Below, piece after piece: positions 1-10,904 of a stretch of DNA of 64,000 bases. Position numbers and translations under genes: made by a program. The notes below the pieces were generated by a model. It was not told the DNA's origin and made no database searches. It saw only the letters and a list, made by a program, of their open reading frames with translations. The stretch is taken from the NCBI GenBank assembly GCA_945863115.1, contig CAMAYZ010000004.1:30171-94170 (forward strand), written 5' to 3'. The stretch's first letter is position 1; every line of letters begins with the position of its first letter. This DNA comes from Bifidobacterium breve (GTDB lineage Bacteria > Actinomycetota > Actinomycetes > Nanopelagicales > Nanopelagicaceae).

Positions 1-26
1 TTTTAATTGATCAAGAGAGAAATTCA

Positions 27-1364
27 TTAGCGATCAACCCCTCCCATAACAGGATCGATTGATGCAACAGCGCCAATAACATCGGCAATCATTCCGCCTT
101 CGGCCATTGCTGAAGTTGCTTGAAGATTATTGAAAGATGGTTCGCGGAAGTGAACTCGATATGGCCTGGTTCCACCGTCAGAAACCAAGTGAACTCCGGT
201 CTCACCTCGTGGTGATTCAACGGCTGCATAAACCTGACCAGCTGGAACTCGGAAACCTTCAGTAACTAACTTGAAGTGGTGAATAAGTGATTCCATAGAG
301 GTTCCCATAATTTCGCGGATATGTTCCAAAGAGTTACCCATTCCATCACTGCCAACTGAAAGTTGTGATGGCCAAGCAATTTTCTTATCTGCAACCATTA
401 CTGGTTGACCTTCAGATTTATCTAACTTGTCACAAGCTTGTTCAATGATTCGAAGTGACTGTTCGAGTTCTTGCATGCGAATTAAGAATCGACCATAAAC
501 ATCACAAGTATCTGTAGTTATTACATCAAATTCATAATTTTCATAACCGCAATATGGATCTGTTTTGCGTAGATCCCATGGCATTCCAGCCGAACGAAGA
601 ACTGGACCGGTAATTCCAAGAGTTGTGCAGCCAGCTAGATCTAAATAACCGATACCTTTTGTTCGCATCATCCAGATGGTATTGCCAACAAGCAACTTCT
701 CATTATCTTTAAAGTTATGACGTAACTCTTTTACAGTTTCCCGAATCTTGGCAACTGCTCCTTTAGGTAAATCTTGGGCAACACCGCCGGGACGAACATA
801 AGCCATATTCATGCGGAGTCCAGAGACCATCTCAAAAACATCTAAGACCTTCTCGCGTTCGCGGAAAGCGAAGATCATTGGTGAAAGTGCGCCAAGTTCA
901 AGAGCGCCGGTGCCCAGAGCAACCATGTGTGAAGAAATCCGGTTTAGCTCCATCATTAGCACGCGAATTTGACTTGCACGTTCTGGAATGTCATTTGTGA
1001 TTCCTAGAAGTTTTTCTACTCCTAGACAGTATGCAGTTTCATTAAAGATTGGTGCTAAATAATCCATACGAGTTACGAATGTGACGCCTTGGGTCCAAGT
1101 GCGATATTCAGTGTTCTTTTCAATGCCAGTATGTAAATAACCAATTCCAGCACGTGCTTCAGTAATTGTTTCGCCCTCAAGTTCAAGAACTAAACGAAGA
1201 ACACCATGTGTTGATGGATGTTGTGGGCCCATGTTTACAACTACGCGCTCTTCTTTTGTCTGACCAATTTCAGTTACAAGTGAATCCCAATCGCCACCGG
1301 TTACTGAATAAACGCGGCCTTCAGTTGTTTCGCTTGCTGATGCGTATGCGTCGTGAAGAGTCAT
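27..1364 (-). CDS. nuoD: NADH-quinone oxidoreductase subunit D
   Basis: 445-aa ORF with NuoD/49-kDa hallmarks ([16 protein letters not shown]-terminal DPVMGGVDR). 4-nt overlap with upstream nuoC. Confidence 0.95.
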   Translation of the reverse strand: MTLHDAYASASETTEGRVYSVTGGDWDSLVTEIGQTKEERVVVNMGPQHPSTHGVLRLVLELEGETITEARAGIGYLHTGIEKNTEYRTWTQGVTFVTRMDYLAPIFNETAYCLGVEKLLGITNDIPERASQIRVLMMELNRISSHMVALGTGALELGALSPMIFAFREREKVLDVFEMVSGLRMNMAYVRPGGVAQDLPKGAVAKIRETVKELRHNFKDNEKLLVGNTIWMMRTKGIGYLDLAGCTTLGITGPVLRSAGMPWDLRKTDPYCGYENYEFDVITTDTCDVYGRFLIRMQELEQSLRIIEQACDKLDKSEGQPVMVADKKIAWPSQLSVGSDGMGNSLEHIREIMGTSMESLIHHFKLVTEGFRVPAGQVYAAVESPRGETGVHLVSDGGTRPYRVHFREPSFNNLQATSAMAEGGMIADVIGAVASIDPVMGGVDR

Positions 1365-1999
1365 CGGTAAGACCTGCGTTCAGATGGTGCAGGAACTGTC
1401 GCACCTTTATATTCAATTGGAATTCCACCAAGTGGATAATCTTTGCGTTGCGGATGTCCTGGCCAATCATCCGGCATGAGGATTCGAGTTAAACCAGGAT
1501 GGCCATCAAAAATTATTCCGAACATGTCCCAAGCTTCACGTTCGTGCCAATTGTTACCGGCCCAAACTTCAACAAGTGATGGCAGGTGTGGATCAGAATC
1601 AGGAACACTAACTTCTAATCTAATTCGACGGTTATGTGTCATTGAAAGTAATGGATAGACCGCATGTAATTCGCGGTCCTTATCTTCTGGGTAATGCACG
1701 CCATTAACACCAAGACAAACTTCAAACCTTAATGATTGGGTGTCACGTAATTTCATTGCGGTTTCAAAGAGTTTTTCGCGCTTAACATGAAGCGTTAATT
1801 CGCCACGATCAACAATAACTTTTTCAATTGCATCGCTGAATTCGGGATATGCACGTTCTAATTCATCGGCAACTTCATCAAAATAACTTCCATATGGTCG
1901 CTCACTTGAGCCGAAATTAGCAGCGCTCCGAACTAGCCCGCCGAATCCTGAGGTGTCACCAGAGCCACTGGCGCCAAACATTCCGATGTTTTTGCTCAT
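1361..1999 (-). CDS. nuoC: NADH-quinone oxidoreductase subunit C
   Basis: 212-aa ORF of the 30-kDa subunit family ([13 protein letters not shown] motif). Sits between nuoB and nuoD with 4-nt overlaps. Confidence 0.9.
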   Translation of the reverse strand: MSKNIGMFGASGSGDTSGFGGLVRSAANFGSSERPYGSYFDEVADELERAYPEFSDAIEKVIVDRGELTLHVKREKLFETAMKLRDTQSLRFEVCLGVNGVHYPEDKDRELHAVYPLLSMTHNRRIRLEVSVPDSDPHLPSLVEVWAGNNWHEREAWDMFGIIFDGHPGLTRILMPDDWPGHPQRKDYPLGGIPIEYKGATVPAPSERRSYR

Positions 2000-2550
2000 G
2001 TAAGCAGACCTTTTAGCTGATGAGTTGGTTTTGCAGCAAGTGCAGCTGCTTCAACTTCTTGAATAATCTTTTCGCGATTTACGCCAAGTTTTTCACTGCC
2101 AATATGTTCGTGCAATTTTAGAATTGCATCCATCAGCATTTCAGGACGTGGTGGACATCCTGGTAAATAAATATCTACCGGGACTACGTGGTCAACACCT
2201 TGCACAACTGCGTAGTTATTAAACATTCCGCCAGATGATGCACATGCACCCATTGCAATTACCCATTTAGGTGCAGCCATTTGATCATAAATTTGGCGAA
2301 GAACTGGAGCCATCTTGTTTGATACTCGACCAGCAACAATCATTAAATCTGCTTGGCGAGGTGATGCTCGGAAAACTTCCATTCCAAAACGGGCAGCATC
2401 GTAACGACCGCCACCAAATGCCATCATTTCAATTGCACAACAGGCAAGACCGAATGTTGCAGGCCAGAGTGAATTCTTGCGCATGTAGCCAGCAAGTTTT
2501 TCAACTGATGTTAAGGCAAATCCTGCCGGTAACTTCTCTTCTAGACCCAT
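1996..2550 (-). CDS. nuoB: NADH-quinone oxidoreductase subunit B
   Basis: Cluster N2 cysteine motifs [15 protein letters not shown] and LPGCPPRP. Start moved to ATG 2550 (MGLEEK...) because the 212-aa track ORF would run through nuoA. Confidence 0.9.
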   Translation of the reverse strand: MGLEEKLPAGFALTSVEKLAGYMRKNSLWPATFGLACCAIEMMAFGGGRYDAARFGMEVFRASPRQADLMIVAGRVSNKMAPVLRQIYDQMAAPKWVIAMGACASSGGMFNNYAVVQGVDHVVPVDIYLPGCPPRPEMLMDAILKLHEHIGSEKLGVNREKIIQEVEAAALAAKPTHQLKGLLT

Positions 2551-2554
2551 GGAT

Positions 2555-2914
2555 TTAATCCCATTCCAATCCGCCGCGACGCCAGACATATGTATAAGCG
2601 ACAAAAACTGTTGCAATAAAAATAACCATCTCAATCAATCCGAAGAGTCCTAATTGATCAAAAGTCACTGCCCATGGATACAAGAAAACAATCTCGATAT
2701 CAAAAATAATAAATAACATTGCAGTTAAGAAATACTTAACTGGAAAGCGCCCGCCACCTGCAGCTTGTGGCGACGGTTGAATTCCGCACTCATAAGCTTC
2801 AACTTTTGCCCGGTTGTAACGCTTTGGGCCAGTAACTGCGGCTGCAACTATTGAAAAAATAGCGAAGCCGAAGCCAATTGCGCCAATTACCAGGATCGGT
2901 ACGTATGGGTTCAC
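2555..2914 (-). CDS. nuoA: NADH-quinone oxidoreductase subunit A
   Basis: 119-aa three-helix membrane protein with YECGIQP and [12 protein letters not shown] motifs. GTG start. First gene of the nuo operon. Confidence 0.9.
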   Translation of the reverse strand: MNPYVPILVIGAIGFGFAIFSIVAAAVTGPKRYNRAKVEAYECGIQPSPQAAGGGRFPVKYFLTAMLFIIFDIEIVFLYPWAVTFDQLGLFGLIEMVIFIATVFVAYTYVWRRGGLEWD

Positions 2915-2998
2915 GGTAAGAGAGTCTACGGGTTTAGGCGTTGTAGGTCACAATTTGGAAATGTGAATCGGTATGGGTTGTAGGACATGTGGCACCAA

Positions 2999-3691
2999 TC
3001 ACGGTTTTACTCCCGTATGAATAGCGACAATGCCGAAGGTTAAGTTTTTCCATTGGACACTTCCAAAACCGGCCGCCCGCATTAAATCTGCGAGGCCATT
3101 TTGATTGGGCCAGGCCAAAATAGATTCGGCTAAATAAACATATGCATCGGGATTAGATGACACTTTTCTTGCGACCGTTGGAAGTGCGCGCATCAAATAG
3201 CGGAGATAGATAGTTCGAAAAATTCGGTTAGTTGGTTGCGAGAATTCAACAACAACCATTCGTCCACCGGATTTTAAAACTCGAAGAGATTCTTGAAGTG
3301 CTTTACTCGTGTCAGATGTATTTCGTAATCCAAAAGAGATTGTTGTTACATCAAATTCATTTTCTTTAAATGATAGTGCGAGCGCATCACCTTGCACGAA
3401 AGTTAAATCTGGATGTCGCTTGCGACCTGCATCTAACATGCCTTTAGAAAAATCTAACGAGATAACTTCGGCGCCGGCATCAGCAAGTGGTCGACTGGAA
3501 GATCCGGTTCCCGCTGCAATGTCCAAAATTCGCATTCCAGGTTTTGGTGCAATTATTGTCGTTGCTACTTTGCGCCAGGCTTTGGTTCGTCCAAGGCTGA
3601 GTAAGTCATTTAATAAGTCATATCGCCGGGCAACCCCATCGAACATTGCGGAAACCTCATCGGGTTCTTTGCCTAAATCAGCTCTACTCAC
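2999..3691 (-). CDS. menG: demethylmenaquinone methyltransferase (UbiE/MenG family)
   Basis: SAM-binding motif ILDIAAGTGS and UbiE-type N-terminus SRADLGKEPDEVSAMFDGVARRYDLLND. Start set at GTG 3691 by analogy with actinobacterial MenG N-termini. GTG 3724 is the alternative. Confidence 0.85.
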   Translation of the reverse strand: MSRADLGKEPDEVSAMFDGVARRYDLLNDLLSLGRTKAWRKVATTIIAPKPGMRILDIAAGTGSSSRPLADAGAEVISLDFSKGMLDAGRKRHPDLTFVQGDALALSFKENEFDVTTISFGLRNTSDTSKALQESLRVLKSGGRMVVVEFSQPTNRIFRTIYLRYLMRALPTVARKVSSNPDAYVYLAESILAWPNQNGLADLMRAAGFGSVQWKNLTFGIVAIHTGVKP

Positions 3692-3751
3692 GCGTATATT
3701 CTCGTGGTAGTAGGCTCCGACCACAAATTAAAAGGAATCGAGGATGGTCAA

Positions 3752-4336
3752 ATGGTTCAGATATCACAAGTAGGCACCCTTAAATCTGCAGTTATCGCTC
3801 GCACAACTGTGGCATCACAAATTACTTTGATTCTTACTGGAACCGTCTTTCTTGCCGTGATGGCTCAAATCGCTTTTCCAATTCCTGGCTCACCTGTTCC
3901 ATTCACTGGTCAAACTCTCGGTGTTCTACTTTTGGGAACTGCTTACGGCGCCGGACTTGGATTTAGCACAATCGCTTTCTATTTATTAATGGGTATGGCT
4001 GGTGCTCCAATTTTCTCTTCTGGAACCAGCGGAGTAGAGCGAATTGTTGGCCCAACTGGCGGTTACCTAGTTGGAATGTTGATTTCCTCGCTAGTGCTTG
4101 GCGCGCTTGCGGGTCGTAAGTGGGATCAGAAAATAAAAACTGTAATTCCAACAATGATTATTGGAAATTCAGTAATTTTTGCCGTTGGCCTTATCTGGCT
4201 ACATCAATACACCGGCGAAAGTTGGCTCTGGACTTTTGAAAAAGGTTTCACCCCATTCGTATTTGGGGAATTCATAAAAATTGCAATCGCCAGCACTGCG
4301 CTTCCCGCAGTCTGGAAGTTTGTTTCAAAGCGTTAA
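3752..4336 (+). CDS. bioY: biotin transporter BioY (ECF S-component)
   Basis: Polytopic protein with BioY signature stretches (PVPFTGQTLGVLLLG, GPTGGYLVG). ATG 3752 is preceded by GAGGA. The longer GTG 3704 ORF would overlap menG. Confidence 0.85.
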   Translation: MVQISQVGTLKSAVIARTTVASQITLILTGTVFLAVMAQIAFPIPGSPVPFTGQTLGVLLLGTAYGAGLGFSTIAFYLLMGMAGAPIFSSGTSGVERIVGPTGGYLVGMLISSLVLGALAGRKWDQKIKTVIPTMIIGNSVIFAVGLIWLHQYTGESWLWTFEKGFTPFVFGEFIKIAIASTALPAVWKFVSKR

Positions 4337-4357
4337 TAATTAAGTTATTAATTAATC

Positions 4358-5590
4358 GTGCCGACAAATATAACTACTGAACTTCTTGGCGAGCATCCGG
4401 CCCTAGAGGCAGTTGCCACGGATTTAGAACTGACTGCTTCTTGGATACGTGGCGGCGATGGTTTAATCGGTTTCGGTGAATGGAAGAGCACAAGCGTTAA
4501 AGGTAAGAACCGATTTACAGATGCCAGAAAGTGGTGGCACGAACAGCTTGCAACTTTAAAGATAGAAAATAGCGTTCACGGTAGTGGAACTGGGCCAATT
4601 CTCTTTACCTCATTTGCATTTGATTCTGCCGAAGAATCTAAATTAGTAATCCCCCAGCTGATTATTGGTAAACGTGGAGATAAGTCTTGGATCACTTGGA
4701 TTGGTAACGACGGTGCTCCTGCAATTTCACAATTCAAAAATTTAAAAACAAGTGGTGAAGTTACCTTTGAAACTGGAGCCTTATCTGACTCGGAATGGAA
4801 AAACCGGGTCGCTAAAGCGGTTTCTAAAATAAAAAATGGTGAGCTTGAGAAGGTCGTATTAGCACGTGATTTAATCGCTCGAAATTCCGAGCCAATCTCA
4901 AAGCGAAACTTAATTACCTTTTTAAGTGCAAATTACCCATCAACCTGGGTCTTTATGGTGGCTAACTTGATTGGTGCAACTCCTGAACTGTTAGTTCGTT
5001 TAAATAAATCGCTTGTGACTTCAAGAATCCTGGCTGGAACTATTCGTAAATCTGGTGATGAAGCGAAAGATCTTGGGCTTGCTGCGTCACTAGCTAAATC
5101 ATCCAAGGACTTAGAGGAGCATGAGTATGCGGTCCGTTCCGTAGCCGATGCTTTAGCGCCATATTGCTCTTCAACAAATGTTCCAGAATCACCATTTGTT
5201 CTGCACCTGGCAAATGTCATGCACCTTGCTACGGATGTAACTGGAGTCATAAATGATGCAACAACTCCCGTTGATATTTTCACATTAATTTCTTCACTTC
5301 ATCCATCTGCTGCAGTTTGTGGTACGCCCACTGACGCTGCTAGCGCCGTGATTAATGAATTAGAAGAAATGAATCGCGGTCGATATGCCGGTCCAGTTGG
5401 TTGGATCGATGCAAGAGGTGATGGTGAAATTGGTATCGCACTTCGAACTGGCGAACTATCTGATGATCAAAAATCAATGCGAATCTTTAGTGGTTGTGGA
5501 ATTGTTGCGGGATCTAACCCGGAAGATGAACTAGCAGAGAGTCAAGCTAAGTTGAGTCCGATGCGAACCGCACTTGAAATGCGAGAGTAA
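4358..5590 (+). CDS. menF: isochorismate synthase
   Basis: 410-aa chorismate-binding enzyme (GTPELLVR-like, SLHPSAAVCGTP, GRYAGPVGW motifs) embedded in the men cluster. GTG start. Confidence 0.85.
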   Translation: MPTNITTELLGEHPALEAVATDLELTASWIRGGDGLIGFGEWKSTSVKGKNRFTDARKWWHEQLATLKIENSVHGSGTGPILFTSFAFDSAEESKLVIPQLIIGKRGDKSWITWIGNDGAPAISQFKNLKTSGEVTFETGALSDSEWKNRVAKAVSKIKNGELEKVVLARDLIARNSEPISKRNLITFLSANYPSTWVFMVANLIGATPELLVRLNKSLVTSRILAGTIRKSGDEAKDLGLAASLAKSSKDLEEHEYAVRSVADALAPYCSSTNVPESPFVLHLANVMHLATDVTGVINDATTPVDIFTLISSLHPSAAVCGTPTDAASAVINELEEMNRGRYAGPVGWIDARGDGEIGIALRTGELSDDQKSMRIFSGCGIVAGSNPEDELAESQAKLSPMRTALEMRE

Positions 5591-7152
5591 GTTTTAGCTA
5601 AATTACTTGCCATTGACTCCCGATTTGGAACTTCAACAATTACAAAGTTTAATCCAGGATTATTCTGAGAAAAAGCAAAATTTAAATCTGAAGTTGATTT
5701 AACTTTAGTTACCTTAATGTCAAAACTAGAAATGATCTTTGCTAGATCTTGATTCTGTGGCGTAGCGAAAATTTCTTCAAATCCGACCACTCCAGATTGC
5801 GGCAAGGTAGAGAAAATTCCACCGCCATTGTTATCAATCACGAATATCGTTAAATTATTAGTAGCTGGTGAAAGCAGCGCTGTTAAGTCATGCAAAAAAG
5901 TTAAGTCACCAATAACCGCGTAAGTGCGTTCAAAGTTATTAGAGATTCCGAAAATGGTTGATAGGTTTCCATCGATTCCGGCTAGGCCACGATTAGCGAA
6001 TACTTCAACTCCGGCTCGGGGTGTGGCAAAAGCTTCGATATCTCTTATTGGGCGAGATGAGCCGATAAAGAGTGCAGAACCTGTTGGCACACCAGCCGAA
6101 ATTGCTCGTAAAGAAATCTGTTCACTCCAGGTTTGATCCTCAGCAATTACGTGCGATGCCAGCTTTGAAATTTCATTCCAATCTGAAATCCAAGTTGGGT
6201 TTAGCGTAGAGACTTCAAGTTTTGGTAGCGCAAAAAATATCTGCGATGCAGTTCGTTTAGTATCAATCGTTGAAATCCTTGGATCGATTACATAGGTTTT
6301 ATCGGCTAGCGCCAAATAACTATTTACACTTCGCGATAGCGTTGTGCGGCCAATTACAATCGCAAAGTCTGGCTTCAAATAACTTCGGATAACTTCATCG
6401 CTTAAAAATGCACTGGCATGACTAGTTGCATTTGAAAAAGTCAGAGGATCTTCAGCAATCACCGGCAGCCCCGATGCTTCGACAAACTTTGCTATTTCAG
6501 TGGCAGCTAGTGTTCCTCGATCATGGCCGATAACAATTACACCATTTCCAGTAACGGTTAGCGATTTAGCGCTCTCGATTAATTGCTTTGGTGGATTGAT
6601 GTGCAATCCACTTAACCAATCATTTGTATCTTTTGGAAGCAACGGCTCATCGAATTGAATATTTAGATGGGTTGGGCCATTTCCTAATTCGAAATTAACT
6701 CCGGTGACTAAATCAAATGCTGGAATGTTTGGGAACATACCCACTTGATCTGTTGTCTGATTGGCACCCGTTTTGCGAAGCCGATCTGGTCGATCTGCAG
6801 TAATCGCAATTAATTTATTGCTTGCATGCCAGGCCTCTAATAGTGCTGGATGAAAATTAGCTGCCGCGGTTCCGCTTGTGCAGATTACAGCCACATGTTG
6901 GTTGGTTGCCTTAGAAATTCCTAGCGCATAAAAAGCAGCACCACGTTCATCCAATTTAATATGAAGCTCAATTATTCCGCGAGTTTTTGCCTCATGTAAT
7001 GCAATCGAAAGCGGTGCATTTCTAGAGCCCGGTGAAATTACAAAATCACTAACTCCGAATTCAATTAATTTACGAATGGTCTGGCGGGCAAGATCAGTTG
7101 CGCTGCTCACTCTGCCACCTTTCGCCAAATCCAGATTCCCAAATTCTTTCAA
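5542..7152 (-). CDS. menD: 2-succinyl-5-enolpyruvyl-6-hydroxy-3-cyclohexene-1-carboxylate synthase
   Basis: 536-aa ThDP enzyme (ISPGSRNAPL, GDLTFLHD). The track start is TTG 7152. An in-frame GTG at 7110 would reduce the overlap with menC. Confidence 0.9.
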   Translation of the reverse strand: MKEFGNLDLAKGGRVSSATDLARQTIRKLIEFGVSDFVISPGSRNAPLSIALHEAKTRGIIELHIKLDERGAAFYALGISKATNQHVAVICTSGTAAANFHPALLEAWHASNKLIAITADRPDRLRKTGANQTTDQVGMFPNIPAFDLVTGVNFELGNGPTHLNIQFDEPLLPKDTNDWLSGLHINPPKQLIESAKSLTVTGNGVIVIGHDRGTLAATEIAKFVEASGLPVIAEDPLTFSNATSHASAFLSDEVIRSYLKPDFAIVIGRTTLSRSVNSYLALADKTYVIDPRISTIDTKRTASQIFFALPKLEVSTLNPTWISDWNEISKLASHVIAEDQTWSEQISLRAISAGVPTGSALFIGSSRPIRDIEAFATPRAGVEVFANRGLAGIDGNLSTIFGISNNFERTYAVIGDLTFLHDLTALLSPATNNLTIFVIDNNGGGIFSTLPQSGVVGFEEIFATPQNQDLAKIISSFDIKVTKVKSTSDLNFAFSQNNPGLNFVIVEVPNRESMASNLAKTYSRISSAVRIGLNLA

Positions 7153-8083
7153 TGCGATTCTGCCACCAAAGTCTACGGTCTGCTGATGCCAAATATTTCG
7201 CTGCTAACTTTTCATCAAGCGAAGTTCGGTGCACAGCGATAGTGCCAGCAGTTATTTCAAGTGGCGGGGTTATGACATCACTTTCAAGAAGTGAAGAAGT
7301 TGCAAGCCCACAATCAAAACCTAAATCACTTTGGCTGGCGGCTAAGGCAAGCCCGTGAGAAATTCCAATTCCGGTATCCAATGCACTGGAAATAACTGCA
7401 GGCAACCCAATCTTTTCGATTAACTTGTTTGCCCGAGTAATACCACCAGAAGGTGCCCATTTAATGATTGCGATATCTGCAAACTCTTTAGCGCTTGAAA
7501 AATCACTAGTTAATGCTTTTCTGACTGATTCATCGATAGCAATCTTCATTGGAATCTCTTTTTTTAGCTCTTTTAAATCTGCAATCTCTAAACAAGGTTG
7601 CTCAATGTATTCAAAGACTTTGCCAAAACGGAGATAGTAGTTATAAAGGTTCAACAAGGCAGTTTCAAGGCTCCAACCACCGTTAACATCTAATCTAATT
7701 TTGAATTCTGGATTAAAGTCCAGAGCGGCTTCGACCAATTCGCAATCATTTTCAAAATCATCAACCTTAATTTTTACAGTCATTGCACCAGGGAACCTAT
7801 TTAGAATTTCTGGGACGCGATCAATCTCTACATTAGGCAACGTTGCATTTATTCCGATCGAACTTCGTTTTAGCTCTGGCCACGGAGTATTTGCGCCTTC
7901 GAGCGCTGCGTACAACCACTGCTCTGCTTCAGCATCGGAGTATTCAATAAATGGTGAGAATTCACTCCAACCGGCAGCTCCACGAAAAAGCGCGGCTTCG
8001 CGAATAGTTACGCCACGAAAATTTGTGCGGGTAGGTATGGCAACTACCGTTAGATCATTGAAGATCTCATCTAGGTGCCACAT
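7094..8083 (-). CDS. menC: o-succinylbenzoate synthase
   Basis: 329-aa enolase-superfamily protein with an actinobacterial OSBS N-terminus (AIPTRTNFRGVTIREAALFRGAAGWSEFSPF). Men cluster context. Confidence 0.8.
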   Translation of the reverse strand: MWHLDEIFNDLTVVAIPTRTNFRGVTIREAALFRGAAGWSEFSPFIEYSDAEAEQWLYAALEGANTPWPELKRSSIGINATLPNVEIDRVPEILNRFPGAMTVKIKVDDFENDCELVEAALDFNPEFKIRLDVNGGWSLETALLNLYNYYLRFGKVFEYIEQPCLEIADLKELKKEIPMKIAIDESVRKALTSDFSSAKEFADIAIIKWAPSGGITRANKLIEKIGLPAVISSALDTGIGISHGLALAASQSDLGFDCGLATSSLLESDVITPPLEITAGTIAVHRTSLDEKLAAKYLASADRRLWWQNRIERIWESGFGERWQSEQRN

Positions 8084-8089
8084 TTTTGT

Positions 8090-8968
8090 TTACGGACGCT
8101 TTGGAAATTTATTGAAATTTGGTTCGCGGTTCTCTTTAAATGCATCACGGCCTTCTTGACCTTCTTCGGTCATGTAGAACAGAAGCGTTGCATCACCAGC
8201 AAGTTGTTGCACGCCAGCAAGTCCATCATCTGCCGCATTTAATCCCGCTTTTAACAATCTAAGTGCCATTGGTGAATGTCTCAACATTTCACGGCACCAA
8301 GAAACTGTTTCGGTTTCAAGTTCGCTAACTGGAACAACAGTATTTACTAAGCCCATTTCAAGTGCTTCTGCCGCATCATATTGGCGACATAAGAACCAAA
8401 TTTCGCGAGCTTTTTTCTGGCCAATGTGCGCAGCCAATAAACCGGCGCCATACCCACCATCGAAAGATCCAACCATTGGTCCAGTCTGTCCAAACTTTGC
8501 ATTGTCAGCTGCAATTGTTAAATCACAGACAACATGCAAAACATGTCCACCACCAACAGCCCAGCCTGCAACCATTGCAACAACCGGTTTCGGTAATCTA
8601 CGAATTTGAATCTGTAAATCTAAAACATTAAGTCGGCCGATACCTTTTTTAGCGAGAGAATCGTTTCCTAAATACCCATCATCACCGCGAACATTTATAT
8701 CGCCACCGGAACAGAATGCTTCAGTGCCAGCACCTGTAAAAATAATGACTCCGACAGAATCATCATCGCGAGCTAGTGAGAAAGCTTCTTGTAACTCAAA
8801 AAGTGTTTGCGGGCGAAATGCATTACGGACTTCAGGGCGATTGATTGTAATTTTGGCAATGCCTTCAGCCACTTCATAAACAATGTCTGAAAATGCCTCG
8901 CCGCCAGTTCCAATAATCCATTTTGGAATGGCCCGACTGCCCGGCTCGCGCTTAAAGGGTTTGCTCAC
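8090..8968 (-). CDS. menB: 1,4-dihydroxy-2-naphthoyl-CoA synthase
   Basis: Crotonase fold with MenB motifs (FCSGGD, GGGHVLH, DGGYGAG). Start set at GTG 8968 just downstream of AGGAGG. The 45 upstream codons of the track ORF look non-coding. Confidence 0.92.
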   Translation of the reverse strand: MSKPFKREPGSRAIPKWIIGTGGEAFSDIVYEVAEGIAKITINRPEVRNAFRPQTLFELQEAFSLARDDDSVGVIIFTGAGTEAFCSGGDINVRGDDGYLGNDSLAKKGIGRLNVLDLQIQIRRLPKPVVAMVAGWAVGGGHVLHVVCDLTIAADNAKFGQTGPMVGSFDGGYGAGLLAAHIGQKKAREIWFLCRQYDAAEALEMGLVNTVVPVSELETETVSWCREMLRHSPMALRLLKAGLNAADDGLAGVQQLAGDATLLFYMTEEGQEGRDAFKENREPNFNKFPKRP

Positions 8969-9007
8969 ATTTCCTCCTACAAAATATATAGATAGCCTAC
9001 GCGGGTC

Positions 9008-10021
9008 ATGAAAACTTCGGTAATTGATATTGGTCTCCAATGGGACACCCCAGCGCTGACCCTTGCCCTTTCCGCAGCAATTAACCAAGGCGGAGCCGGC
9101 CAAGTCATCGTAGAAACAACCGGATCTTCAGGAATTAAAAAACGAGTCCAACTTTCAACCAATGCAATCGCGGCATCCGCGGAATTATCAAACGCACAAG
9201 TTGGCGCAAAGCCTGGTGATATTTGGTCCCTCCTTCTACCAACAAATCACATCGCTGGTTTAAATGTATTAGCTCGGGCCATAAAACTTGGAAGCGAAGT
9301 TGTAAGTGTCGATGAAAGCGCTGATTACACGGCCATCGTTCCGACCCAATTACATCGTGCAATATCTGGTGACGCCAAACTTTTGGAACATTTGCAGAAA
9401 TGTAAGGCGGTATTAGTAGGCGGAAGCTCTGCTAGCAAAACAATTTTAGAAGCAGCAACTAAAGCTGGAATAACCGTAGTTACTACATATGGAATGACAG
9501 AAACTTCAGGTGGTTGCGTTTACAACAACAAGGCGCTTCCTGGTGTTTCGGTAACGGTTGACCAATCTGGCCGATTAATGATTAAGGGCCCAATTCTCGC
9601 CTCCGGTTATGAGAATAATCAGGAGCTTTGGAATGAAAACTTTAAGGATGGTTGGTTTACAACTAGCGACCTTGGAACTGTAATTGGCGATGAAGTTCAA
9701 GTAATTGGTAGAGCAGATGATGTAGTAATTTCAGGTGGCGAAAATATTTCACTAACTTCAATTGAAATTGAATTAGCAGCAAATATTCCTTGTGTGAAAT
9801 TTCTTGCCACATCAATTGCAGATCCAGAGTGGGGTCAGAAAATCTGCCTAATTTCAGATATGGAAATTGATTTAGATCTAATTTCACAAGTCCTAAAAAA
9901 TAACTTAGGAAAGCAATTTGTTCCTAAAGAATATTTATTAGTTAAACCAATACCTGAAATTGGAATTGGCAAACCAGACCGTGTCAAAGCCAGCCAACTA
10001 TTCCTTGATAAGCAAAGATAA
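9008..10021 (+). CDS. menE: o-succinylbenzoate--CoA ligase (short actinobacterial form)
   Basis: Adenylate-forming enzyme motifs ([12 protein letters not shown]-loop, [22 protein letters not shown]). Men cluster context. Confidence 0.8.
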   Translation: MKTSVIDIGLQWDTPALTLALSAAINQGGAGQVIVETTGSSGIKKRVQLSTNAIAASAELSNAQVGAKPGDIWSLLLPTNHIAGLNVLARAIKLGSEVVSVDESADYTAIVPTQLHRAISGDAKLLEHLQKCKAVLVGGSSASKTILEAATKAGITVVTTYGMTETSGGCVYNNKALPGVSVTVDQSGRLMIKGPILASGYENNQELWNENFKDGWFTTSDLGTVIGDEVQVIGRADDVVISGGENISLTSIEIELAANIPCVKFLATSIADPEWGQKICLISDMEIDLDLISQVLKNNLGKQFVPKEYLLVKPIPEIGIGKPDRVKASQLFLDKQR

Positions 10022-10025
10022 CCAG

Positions 10026-10895
10026 ATGAATATTTGGATTGCAGGTGCCAGACCCCGCACACTTCCAGCTGCGATTGCTCCGGTATTAATCGGAACGGCT
10101 CTCATCAACATTGATGGCCAAGAAATTAATTGGGTAAATGCACTTCTCGCATTAGGCGTTGGTTTACTGCTTCAAATAGCGGTGAATTATTCAAATGATT
10201 TTTCCGATGGAATCCGAGGAACTGATGAAGTTCGCGTCGGGCCCGTGCGCCTGGTAGCAAGCGGTTTAAAGAGTTCTACAGCTGTAAAGAACGCGGCAAT
10301 TCTTAGTTACTTCTTAGCTGCGATTTGCGGATTAGTCCTTTCACTTCGAACATCGCCATTATTAATATTTATCGGAGCTCTCGCAATTGTTGCTGGTTGG
10401 AAATACACCGGTGGCAAGAAGCCATATGGCTACAGTGGATTCGGTGAAATTTCGGTATTTGTTTTCTTTGGTTTAGTTGCAACTATGGGATCTTATTTTG
10501 CGCAATCCCAAACTATTACTTGGCGAGCGTTTCTACTAGCAATTCCGATGGGTGCGCTATCTTGCACAATTCTTGGGTTGAATAACTTACGAGATCGACC
10601 AAAAGATGAAGCGGTAGGAAAGAAAACTTTGGCTGTGAGGTTGGGTGATGCCCGAGCTCGGATTTTCCTAATTCTTTTACTTTTCATGGCATTTGCTACT
10701 TCGATTGCGGCTTCAGTTATTACGCCTTGGGCGCTGATTGTTTTAGCTACAACTCCTTTTTATTACCTTTTAATCAAGGGAATAACTAGTGGGGCCATCG
10801 GAGCCAGATTGATTCCGCTTCTAGGTAAGGCTGGCGAGGTTCAACTACTGACGGCGCTGTTGATAACGTTCGCGCTAATGATTACAAAGGCTTAA
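10026..10895 (+). CDS. menA: 1,4-dihydroxy-2-naphthoate polyprenyltransferase
   Basis: UbiA-family membrane protein (NYSNDFSDGIRG, NNLRDRPKDEAVGKKTLAV). Start moved to ATG 10026, just after the menE stop. Confidence 0.9.
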   Translation: MNIWIAGARPRTLPAAIAPVLIGTALINIDGQEINWVNALLALGVGLLLQIAVNYSNDFSDGIRGTDEVRVGPVRLVASGLKSSTAVKNAAILSYFLAAICGLVLSLRTSPLLIFIGALAIVAGWKYTGGKKPYGYSGFGEISVFVFFGLVATMGSYFAQSQTITWRAFLLAIPMGALSCTILGLNNLRDRPKDEAVGKKTLAVRLGDARARIFLILLLFMAFATSIAASVITPWALIVLATTPFYYLLIKGITSGAIGARLIPLLGKAGEVQLLTALLITFALMITKA

Positions 10896-10904
10896 ACTAC
10901 TCCT

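Noticed and set aside
1166-1658. Plus-strand ORFs of 108 and 71 aa overlapping nuoD/nuoC
   Set aside because: They are antisense shadow ORFs inside strongly recognisable nuo genes. They have low-complexity, Arg/Leu-rich composition and no motifs.
1996-2634. Long N-terminal extensions in the ORF track (nuoB to 2634, menB to 9103, menA from 9960, folE to 41963, dacB to 51966, EamA to 52888, nadC to 37258)
   Set aside because: The extensions overlap the neighbouring gene, lack homology-like sequence, and shorter starts give canonical N-termini, signal peptides, SDs or ATGA couplings. Coordinates were trimmed accordingly.
3309-3710. 133-aa plus-strand ORF
   Set aside because: It lies entirely antisense to menG, which has clear methyltransferase motifs. 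The Ser/Arg-rich shadow composition is typical of antisense frames.
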